In this document: in pieces, positions 17,999 to 25,850 of the stretch
How positions within the stretch are numbered: position 1 is the first letter of the stretch
Layout of the letters: every line of letters begins with the position of its first letter
From: an uncultured Gammaproteobacteria bacterium
GTDB lineage: Bacteria > Patescibacteriota > Patescibacteriia > Patescibacteriales > UBA12075
Assembly (NCBI GenBank): GCA_964459725.1
Contig: CAYWNT010000001.1
Location: 155,529-219,528 of the forward strand
Length of the DNA stretch: 64,000 bases
Reading direction: 5' to 3'
The notes under the pieces: model-generated
What the model was told of the DNA's origin: nothing
The model's database searches: none
Seen by the model: the letters and a program-made list of their open reading frames with translations, nothing else
Position numbers and translations under genes: made by a program

Positions 17999-18242
17999 AT
18001 GAATACTTCATCTCCTAAAATTACTGATATATTTATTGTAGACCACAAGGATGGAGTATTAATTTTTGGTGATAATGAAAAGAAGCTTATTGAAGAATTA
18101 AAGAAAACGAAAAATTGATGTAGACGGTAGCGTAATTCTTTCCGCAGATTCTGTTATAAATCAGGAAACACCGGAAGCAAGATCAATTCATGGCAAGTTG
18201 TTAAAAAAGTTCTTACAAGATCATGGTTTGATTCCGGGTTGA
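17999..18242 (+). pseudogene. frameshifted fourth copy of the small-protein family
   Basis: ATG 17999 gives MNTSSPKITDIFIVDHKDGVLIFGDNEKKLIEELKKTKN, then TGA at 18116. The +1 frame from 18117 continues as DVDGSVILSADSVINQETPEARSIHGKLLKKFLQDHGLIPG, with a stop at 18240..18242. Deleting one T in AAAAATTGATG restores a full-length paralog. Confidence 0.65.
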
Positions 18243-18283
18243 TAATGGGTGCAAAATTAAACAAGAGATTATGGAGGTATTAA

Positions 18284-18988
18284 ATGCTCAGAGAAAATGC
18301 TTTTGACGTGGTAGACAGAATAAAGCCGGCGCATGTTTTAGTAAGCGTTTTCGCCAAAAATGGATTAGAGGTATTAGTTCCAGGACTTTTGAGGAAAAAT
18401 CCTGAAATTATGTTTTATTCCACCGGCGGGACAGAAAAAAAAATTCAGGAACTACTCGGTGAGAAATTTGAAAAAAATTACAAGTCAGTTGAGAGTTTTA
18501 CCGGTGCACCGGAAATGGAAGGTGGCCTGGTAAAAACTCTTCATCCGAAAATTCATGCTGGCTTGCTTGCTGAGAGAGGAAACCCTGCTCACATTGAGTA
18601 CCTTGAAAAAATTCTTAGTATTTTTGGAAAAGGATCAGGTGCTTATTTCGATGTTTTAGTAAGCAATCTCTATCCATTTCCCGAAGTAGTTAGCAGGGAA
18701 GATGCTACAGCAGAAATGGCCCGGATAAATATCGATATCGGAGGCCCAGGAATGACCATGGCAGGAGCCAAGAACTGGCATAGTGTTGCAGTCTTGACTG
18801 ATCCTGATCAATACGAAGGATTTCTTGATTGTTGCAATGAGCATGACGGCGCAACAACTGCTCAAATACGTTTTGCACTTGCCCAAAAGGCCTTTATGGC
18901 TGTCGGAGAATATCGCATGGCCATAGGCGAATATTTTTCTGGCTTGAATTATGACGAGGATGTTTTTCCTACGATCAATCTTGTCTAA
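18284..18988 (+). CDS. stand-alone IMP cyclohydrolase domain (PurH N-terminal MGS-like domain only)
   Basis: VLVSVFAKNGL...STGGTEKKI...TGAPEMEGGLVKTLHPKIHAGLL...VSNLYPF...NIDIGGPGMTMAGAKNWHSVAVLTDPDQY matches the PurH IMPCH half. There is no AICAR transformylase half. Confidence 0.8.
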   Translation: MLRENAFDVVDRIKPAHVLVSVFAKNGLEVLVPGLLRKNPEIMFYSTGGTEKKIQELLGEKFEKNYKSVESFTGAPEMEGGLVKTLHPKIHAGLLAERGNPAHIEYLEKILSIFGKGSGAYFDVLVSNLYPFPEVVSREDATAEMARINIDIGGPGMTMAGAKNWHSVAVLTDPDQYEGFLDCCNEHDGATTAQIRFALAQKAFMAVGEYRMAIGEYFSGLNYDEDVFPTINLV

Positions 18989-19158
18989 TCTAAAAAAAAT
19001 CTAGAACAACAAGCGTACGACCTTTTAAACAAGGAAACGGCGCTTTTTTATTTGTTTTCGTGAGTTGACTAGATAAATTGACTTTTAATTTTGTGTTTGT
19101 TAATCTAAGGCATAATAATGTTTTTTGACAATTAAGTTAATTTAAATAGGAGGAAGAC

Positions 19159-20643
19159 ATGGGAAAGCCGATCAGCGTTAAATTGGCACCAAGAGGCAAT
19201 GTGAATCCAATTAGATCAGCCTGTTTTGCGGCGTTGCTTTGCTATATGGCGAGAATTCCCAAGTGGGGGAAGCTGATAGATTGGTATAAAAAACTTTTTG
19301 GAACTGGGCACCATACAACATTTATGCACGCAGCTTCATATTTCACTTTTGTGATTGAGGGAATAAGCGTAGGGGATATTACTTTTGGTTTTCATCTGAC
19401 TTCGCCTTTTTACAACTCGAGTCAACGAAGTGGACGTTATTGTTCAGCAATGTTTGTTCGATATTTTAAAAAGGTAAGGAATACCTTAAAGATGTATTTG
19501 ATGAAACTATTCCCAGGCTATGAACCTGAGCTTGAAGCCGGAACGACACCGGATGCTTTTCCTGAAAAAAAGTTAGCAGAAATGGAGGAGTATATTAGAG
19601 CGTATTGGCCAGAGGTTGATGAAAAAGAATTATCTTCAATAATGGATTATGTCCGATTCGGTATCGGGGTGTTTCAGTCAAATATTATGGATGCCACTAA
19701 AGTGGCTACGGATTTTGCTAAAGAGGAAAGACCCTTTGTAAAAGCTGATTATTTGGCGGATACTGCTCCAAAGTTTGCCCAAGAGCAGCTTAGGAATTTT
19801 ATTCCTGTATTAGCTCCTACTGGGATGGTTCATACCGTAAATTTGATTACACTGGTTGCTCTTTATGAGTCTGCCTGGACTCCCGCTATGCGTCATGTGA
19901 CAGAGGAAATGGTGAGATTAGTTTTGGAAAAATATCCAGAATTGGCATCGATGTTTGACGAGAAAAACCGTAGAACAGATGATTGGGCTATGGAATTTGA
20001 CGGTGATGATAATTATTTAGCGAAAGCGCCTTGCGCTGTAGTTATAGATGTACGTAATGCTGATAGTCTCGTCTCTCCAAAATATTATGATCGTCATCCG
20101 GTAGATAAGTTGCATTTTAGACCAGAACTTATGGATAACGCGGTAGGACATATAATTTCAAGCGTGTCTTTGTCGGTGGCAACCATGGGTCAGGACCAGC
20201 GACATAGAACAATTCGTCGTGGTACGCCAATGTTTACAGGAGGATTTTATTTACCTCCAGTTGTCGCAGCTCTAGGTTTAGACAAGGAAGCAATGAGGAT
20301 GATTACAGAATGGCGTGCAATAGCCACTAAAGTTCCAGCATCCCTGGCTATGATATTAGCGCCTTATGGTGCTATGGCATCTTACGAAAAATCCGGATCA
20401 TTCCTTGCGGTTGATCATGAGCAGGGGAAGAGAACTTGTTGGTGTGCTCAAGAGGAGATATATTGGCTGGGAGTTCTGATTCGGAAAAAAATTGAAAACA
20501 AACTAGGCAAAGATCATTCGTTATTGCAGATTTTTGAACCACCTTGCTACAGAACGGGCAAGTGCGGTGAAGGTGATAGATATTGCGGTCGTGATTTGCG
20601 AGTAAGAGAAAAGGGAGACTATTTTCCGAGAAGAAAAATTTAA
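19159..20643 (+). CDS. ThyX-like (FAD-dependent thymidylate synthase family) protein, long and divergent
   Basis: GTGHHTTFMHAASYFTFVIEGISVGDITFGFHLTSPFYNSSQRSGRY parallels the ThyX core GHxSxxEHxxFTFxIxGxSR...RHR...SxxSxRY. The RHR is missing there; a QRHRT occurs about 250 aa later. Confidence 0.5.
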   Translation: MGKPISVKLAPRGNVNPIRSACFAALLCYMARIPKWGKLIDWYKKLFGTGHHTTFMHAASYFTFVIEGISVGDITFGFHLTSPFYNSSQRSGRYCSAMFVRYFKKVRNTLKMYLMKLFPGYEPELEAGTTPDAFPEKKLAEMEEYIRAYWPEVDEKELSSIMDYVRFGIGVFQSNIMDATKVATDFAKEERPFVKADYLADTAPKFAQEQLRNFIPVLAPTGMVHTVNLITLVALYESAWTPAMRHVTEEMVRLVLEKYPELASMFDEKNRRTDDWAMEFDGDDNYLAKAPCAVVIDVRNADSLVSPKYYDRHPVDKLHFRPELMDNAVGHIISSVSLSVATMGQDQRHRTIRRGTPMFTGGFYLPPVVAALGLDKEAMRMITEWRAIATKVPASLAMILAPYGAMASYEKSGSFLAVDHEQGKRTCWCAQEEIYWLGVLIRKKIENKLGKDHSLLQIFEPPCYRTGKCGEGDRYCGRDLRVREKGDYFPRRKI

Positions 20644-20663
20644 AAAAGGAGAAAAAACACAAC

Positions 20664-20699
20664 AAGGCTATTTGCAGTATTTTTGCAAATAGCCTTTTT
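20664..20699 (+). terminator. rho-independent terminator
   Basis: AAGGCTATTTGCA / TGCAAATAGCCTT 13-bp stem followed by a T-run. Confidence 0.85.
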
Positions 20700-20707
20700 A
20701 AATAGAG

Positions 20708-20753
20708 AATTTAATAGTACCTTTAATAGTACTATTAAAGGTACTATTAAATT
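20708..20753. repeat. 46-nt perfect palindrome AATTTAATAGTACCTTTAATAGT|ACTATTAAAGGTACTATTAAATT
   Basis: All 23 base pairs were checked individually. It lies directly after the canonical terminator. Confidence 0.95.
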
Positions 20754-20826
20754 TTGTGAAAAGATAATATTTTATATAATTATTAATTATGTTATTATTT
20801 AAATATAAAAATAAATAAAAATATAT

Positions 20827-21393
20827 ATGGAAAATGAAAAAGATAATTTAGTTTGCCAGAGCTGTGGTATGTCCATGAAAGAGGCTCGTGATTTTGGTAG
20901 TAATGAGGATGGTGGAAAAAATGAAGAATATTGTCGTCACTGCTTTCGGGCCGGGAATTTTACAGATAATGTCGGCATGGAGAAGTTCATCGACCATCAG
21001 GTTGAGTTGGCGATAAATAGGTTCGGCATGAGCGAGGAAGAAGCTCGCAAAAAGACCGAGAGCACTATCCCGAACCTTAAGAGATGGAGCCTTGTGAAAA
21101 TGCCAAACAAAATAATTGTATCTGTGCTAATTATGTCCGTACTTATTGGGCTTATTTTTGGATTAGCAACGTACCTCATAAAGGGAGGAGATTCTAGTTC
21201 TTCAAGTCGTGCTACATCAAGTGCCGCGTTAATTCCTATTTGGGTTGCTGTTTTTATTCCAATTATTGCAGCGCGACACAAGAAAGGAAAATACACAAAT
21301 GATGTGCTGAGGAAAAAAATGATAGCGCTTGCCTTGCTTTTAGGCGTGGTGTTCTTAGCCGGGGTATTTTATTTTATTGCTTTGAATAAATAA
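20827..21393 (+). CDS. zinc-ribbon (Zn_ribbon_2-like) protein with C-terminal TM helices
   Basis: CQSCGMSM...EYCRHCF followed by three hydrophobic helices. Confidence 0.6.
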   Translation: MENEKDNLVCQSCGMSMKEARDFGSNEDGGKNEEYCRHCFRAGNFTDNVGMEKFIDHQVELAINRFGMSEEEARKKTESTIPNLKRWSLVKMPNKIIVSVLIMSVLIGLIFGLATYLIKGGDSSSSSRATSSAALIPIWVAVFIPIIAARHKKGKYTNDVLRKKMIALALLLGVVFLAGVFYFIALNK

Positions 21394-21557
21394 AAAAATT
21401 AAAAAGTTATTTTTTAGTCCTTTTATAATTTAACATATAAAGGGACTTTTTGTTTAAAATTAGTTAAGAATCACTATATATAGCTAGGTACCTTGCATTA
21501 CATAGTAATATGTGCTATACTGTTTATAGGAGTAAAAAATTAATAAAATTTTTACAT

Positions 21558-21902
21558 ATGAATGATAAAATTAAAAATGATACAGAGAACACAAAAGCAC
21601 AGATGAGGAAAGGTTTTTTGGAGTTTCTGATTTTGCTTATTATCTCCAAGAAGGAAATGTATCCATCTGATATTTTAAAAAAACTGAAGGCGGCAGATTT
21701 AATTGTGGTCGAAGGGACACTTTACCCTCTCTTGATGAGATTAAAAAATTCTGGACTACTTACATATACTTGGCAAGAATCAAAGAGTGGTCCGCCAAGA
21801 AAATATTACTCAATAACTAAAGAAGGATTACTTGCTATCAAAGAACTAACTAAAACTTGGGATTCTTTGAAAAAAGCAATAAATACTTTAACTAAAAAAT
21901 AG
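21558..21902 (+). CDS. PadR family transcriptional regulator
   Basis: LEFLILLIISKKEMYPSDILKKL...GTLYPLLMRLKNSGLL...PPRKYYSITKEG. The start is placed at ATG 21558 because the track start 21510 falls inside a TTGCAT-17-TATACT promoter at 21493..21521. Confidence 0.85.
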   Translation: MNDKIKNDTENTKAQMRKGFLEFLILLIISKKEMYPSDILKKLKAADLIVVEGTLYPLLMRLKNSGLLTYTWQESKSGPPRKYYSITKEGLLAIKELTKTWDSLKKAINTLTKK

Positions 21903-21917
21903 ACAATTTTTAAATGT

Positions 21918-23726
21918 ATGGAAAAAACAATTTCTGTAACTCTAAATAATTTTGCATATACCTTGGATGAAGATGCTTATCAGAAACTTCAAGCATATTT
22001 AGAGGGTATAAAAAATTATTTTGAATCTACAGACTCAAAAGAAACAACAGAAGAAATTATTCGCGATATAGAATCGAGTATTGCTGAAAAGTTTAGTTCA
22101 AAACTGAGTGCCAAAAAGCAGGTTATTTCATCAAAAGATATTGATGAGTTAATAGAGGTAATGGGAACGGTGGCTGATATTACCAACGGAGACGGAGGAC
22201 AGACTACAGAAGAAGAAAAACATTCTACGGTTGATTCGAAACAGGCTGAGAATGAAGAAGAAGTCGTTGTGAAGAGATTGTATCGAAATACGGATGACAA
22301 GATTATAGCCGGTGTAGCCTCGGGGATTGCAAATTATTTTGGGATAGATCCTGTCATTATACGATTGATATTTGTTGTATCTGTTTTTACTTGGGGATTT
22401 GGAGTTATGGCATACCTTGTGTTGTGGTTCGTAGTGCCAAAAGCTAAAACAGTATCTCAGAAATTAGCCATGCAAGGAGAGCCTGTTACTTTAAAAAAAT
22501 TGGAGGGTTTGGCCAAGGAGAAAGCGGAAGAAATAAAAAATATAGATAAAACTAAAATCAACGGAATTTTTAAATCATTTTTTTTGTTTTTAGGAGAAGT
22601 TTTTTCTGCTTTGGGAAAGTTTGTGATGCGTTTCAGTTCAGTGATAGGTATATTGATCGGTATCCCTATCATAGTGGCCTCGGTGTTGGCTATGACTGCA
22701 GTTGGTTTTGTGGCGGCAGCAATAGTTTTTAATAAAGACCTGATAATTATAGAGCCAGGATTTCATATGCAGGCATCAGAAATAATAGGGCAAGCTATTT
22801 TGCCAATTGCGGCTATTGCTATTTTCTTTGTTGCGTTTGTGCCGCTTTTGTTCTTGATAATTACAGGGGCATCCTTGGTGGGAAGAAAGAATGCTTTTAA
22901 CACATCTTCAAGCATGTTCTTGGTCGGCGTTTGGATGGTGGCAGTAATAACTACAGGGATAATTGCACTAGACGCTGCTCCTAGAATGGAAGCTAAGATC
23001 AAGGCATTTAATGCTGACAAGAACTCTGAGCTTATTTCTCGTGAGATAGAAGTGAAGGAATTTGATAAGATTGATATAAGTCATGCCTACGAGGTCCGTG
23101 TTGCGCCGGGGGATGAGTACAAGGTGGTCGCCACAGGAAGAGAGGCGGATATGAAATTTATGGATATCAATGTTTACAATAATGAGCTTGTTGTTGGTAA
23201 GGAGACTCAGGAGATTTGTTTGTTCTGTTATACCGAGAGAATCATATTGGATATTACTGCGCCGAATTTATCTCAAGCTAAACTTGGTGGTGCTTCAAAA
23301 ATTTCTGTAAATGGATTTAGCGGAGATAAATTTGATTTAGAATTATCAGGAGCTTCGCAAGGAGAGATGAATATTGATTTTGATGTGTTCGATATTGAGA
23401 TTAGTGGCGCGTCAAATTTGAAATTAGAACTAGCCACCTCAACAAATATTGATATCGATATTAGTGGTGCATCAAAAGCAGAGCTACTTGGTGCTGCAGA
23501 TGAATTAATAGCTGATATTTCGGGAGCCTCAACATTTATAGGTATTGACCTGGAAACAAAAATTGCAGACATGGAAATAAGCGGAGCAAGTACTGCGCGT
23601 GTAAATGTGGCTGAAAAACTAGACACCGACTCTTCTGGCGCAAGTAAGGTTTACTACATTGGAGGCGTCGAAGTTGATGGAGACAATGATGTGATCAATA
23701 TCGACGATGGAGATAGAAGGGATTAA
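21918..23726 (+). CDS. PspC-domain membrane protein with C-terminal DUF2807-like beta-repeat domain
   Basis: LYRNTDDKIIAGVASGIANYFGIDPVIIRLIFVV is the PspC domain. Multiple TM helices follow, then repeated SGAS... units at the C-terminus. Confidence 0.75.
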   Translation: MEKTISVTLNNFAYTLDEDAYQKLQAYLEGIKNYFESTDSKETTEEIIRDIESSIAEKFSSKLSAKKQVISSKDIDELIEVMGTVADITNGDGGQTTEEEKHSTVDSKQAENEEEVVVKRLYRNTDDKIIAGVASGIANYFGIDPVIIRLIFVVSVFTWGFGVMAYLVLWFVVPKAKTVSQKLAMQGEPVTLKKLEGLAKEKAEEIKNIDKTKINGIFKSFFLFLGEVFSALGKFVMRFSSVIGILIGIPIIVASVLAMTAVGFVAAAIVFNKDLIIIEPGFHMQASEIIGQAILPIAAIAIFFVAFVPLLFLIITGASLVGRKNAFNTSSSMFLVGVWMVAVITTGIIALDAAPRMEAKIKAFNADKNSELISREIEVKEFDKIDISHAYEVRVAPGDEYKVVATGREADMKFMDINVYNNELVVGKETQEICLFCYTERIILDITAPNLSQAKLGGASKISVNGFSGDKFDLELSGASQGEMNIDFDVFDIEISGASNLKLELATSTNIDIDISGASKAELLGAADELIADISGASTFIGIDLETKIADMEISGASTARVNVAEKLDTDSSGASKVYYIGGVEVDGDNDVINIDDGDRRD

Positions 23727-23741
23727 TAATTAGTTTTATAT

Positions 23742-23771
23742 AAAACGCGTATAGTATGCTATACGCGTTTT
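23742..23771. terminator. bidirectional terminator between convergent genes
   Basis: AAAACGCGTATAG / CTATACGCGTTTT 13-bp stem, TATG loop, with A-run and T-run flanks. Confidence 0.85.
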
Positions 23772-25590
23772 AAGCTATTTTCTCATGGAATTCAGCTTTT
23801 ACTGAGCGCGGTGTTATGCCGTGTTTTTTATTGTAAGCGATTTGTAGCTTACGGCGTTCTTTGGTTTTCTTGATTGCTTCTCGCATGGCAGGAGTTATTT
23901 TGTCACCGTACATTATTACTTTACCATTCTCGTGCCTGGCAACTCTTCCCATGGTCTGCATGAGAGATGTTTCGGTGCGCAGGAATCCGGCAATGTCAGC
24001 GTCAAGTATTGCTACCAGAGATGCCTCAGGAAGATCGAGACCTTCTCGAAGCAGGTTGATACCGACCAGGCAATCGTACTTTCCTTCTCGTAAATCGCGC
24101 AGGATTTCGACCCGCTCCAGGGTGGCAATGTCACTGTGCATATACTGAACATTGATCTTTTGTTCAGAGAGGTATTCAGATAATTCTTCAGCCATTCTTT
24201 TGGTTAGGGTTGTTACTAGAACTCGTTGGCCCTTTTCTGTTCTATCTTTAATTTCTGAAATTAGATCCTCGATTTGTCCCTCATTTGGTCTCACTTCGAT
24301 CTCTGGATCTAGAAGTCCAGTAGGCCTGATGATCTGCTTTGCTACTTGATCTGACTTTCCAAGTTCGTATTCACTTGGAGTTGCGCTTACGTATACTGCT
24401 TGGTTTATTTTTGAATTGAACTCTTGGAAATTTAAGGGTCTATTGTCTTTCGCGCTAGGAAGTCTAAAGCCAAAGTCTACTAGGGTTTGCTTTCGAGATT
24501 GGTCGCCAGCGTACATGCCTCTGACTTGAGGGAGGGTAACATGTGACTCATCTAAAATCATGAAAAAATCTTTTGGAAAAAAGTCGATAAGAGTTTCAGG
24601 GGGGAGTCCAGTGGGCCTTTCTGATAAATGACGTGAATAATTCTCTATGCCATTACAGTATCCAACCTCTCTCATCATCTCGAGATCATAGTTTGTTTTT
24701 CTCTCCAGTCTATCCATCTCTACTATCTTTTTTTCTTTTTTTAGTGTCTTTAATCTTTGACCCAGTTCTTTCTCGATGGAGTCCATTGCTTTTCTCATTC
24801 TGTCTTCAGGAGCCATAAAGTGTTTGGCCGGCAGGATCATTATTTCTTTTAATGGAATTGCATTTTTATTTCGAAGCTCACTAAGCCAGAATGCCTTCTT
24901 GGCGTCAGGTTTTATATTGTAGATATTTATATTCTCTACGGAGTCACCAAACATTCCTATTTTTACAATAGCTTCACCAGTAGCTAGGTGAATAAATACA
25001 TCTTCGCCTTTTACTCGGAATTGACCACGCAGAAAACTAGTATCATTTCTCTCATATTGAATTTTTATTAATTTGCGAAGGAGCTCATTTCTTTTTATTT
25101 TTTCGTTTACACGAAAAGTTTCACTCATTGATTCGTAATCCTTCCTACCTCCTAGTCCATAGATACATGACACGCTAGCCACGATCAAAACATCATCTCT
25201 GTTTAGTAGGGATTGGGTGGCAGCATGACGTAGTCGATCGATCTCTTCATTGATGGTGGCCTCTTTTTCAATATAGGTATCAGTTTGAGGAATGTACGCT
25301 TCTGGTTGGTAGTAGTCATAGTAAGACACGAAGTAGTGAACTGCATTATCCGGGAAAAACTTTTTGAATTCTCCATAGAGCTGCGCTGCTAATGTTTTGT
25401 TATGAGAAATAACCAGAGTAGGCTTCTGAATTTTCTCAATAATATTGGCCATAGTAAACGTTTTACCACTACCTGTGACACCGAGGAGGGTTTGGTTTTT
25501 GTAGCCTTCCTTGATTCCTTTTGCAAGTTTGCTTATAGCTTTTGGCTGATCTCCAGTGGGTTTGAATTTTGAATGTAGCTTGAATTTCAT
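23770..25590 (-). CDS. uvrB: excinuclease ABC subunit B
   Basis: [19 protein letters not shown] Walker A, DESH, and helicase motif [10 protein letters not shown]. Only 606 aa; it ends shortly after [10 protein letters not shown]. Confidence 0.95.
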   Translation of the reverse strand: MKFKLHSKFKPTGDQPKAISKLAKGIKEGYKNQTLLGVTGSGKTFTMANIIEKIQKPTLVISHNKTLAAQLYGEFKKFFPDNAVHYFVSYYDYYQPEAYIPQTDTYIEKEATINEEIDRLRHAATQSLLNRDDVLIVASVSCIYGLGGRKDYESMSETFRVNEKIKRNELLRKLIKIQYERNDTSFLRGQFRVKGEDVFIHLATGEAIVKIGMFGDSVENINIYNIKPDAKKAFWLSELRNKNAIPLKEIMILPAKHFMAPEDRMRKAMDSIEKELGQRLKTLKKEKKIVEMDRLERKTNYDLEMMREVGYCNGIENYSRHLSERPTGLPPETLIDFFPKDFFMILDESHVTLPQVRGMYAGDQSRKQTLVDFGFRLPSAKDNRPLNFQEFNSKINQAVYVSATPSEYELGKSDQVAKQIIRPTGLLDPEIEVRPNEGQIEDLISEIKDRTEKGQRVLVTTLTKRMAEELSEYLSEQKINVQYMHSDIATLERVEILRDLREGKYDCLVGINLLREGLDLPEASLVAILDADIAGFLRTETSLMQTMGRVARHENGKVIMYGDKITPAMREAIKKTKERRKLQIAYNKKHGITPRSVKAEFHEKIA

Positions 25591-25781
25591 ATCAGTATTT
25601 TAGTATAAAATTAGCTTATTGGCAATTTTAAGTAGTTCGACATTGATATTCTAAAATTTTTTTTGCTAACAAAAATTATCACAAAAAACACAATAAAAAT
25701 CTAAATGTTGTAAAATAGTGCGACCGCACAAATCTACAACAATTCTAAATTTTTGGATTGTGTGTAATTTAGGGGAAAATT

Positions 25782-25810
25782 TTGACATTAGAGTTGTTTT
25801 GGGTTAAAAT
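25782..25810 (+). promoter_or_regulatory. sigma70-like promoter (TTGACA-17-TAAAAT) for ileS
   Basis: TTGACA at 25782..25787 and TAAAAT at 25805..25810. Confidence 0.5.
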
Positions 25811-25850
25811 TACATTACAAAATAAGAAATAAATTTAGAATATTGTAATT

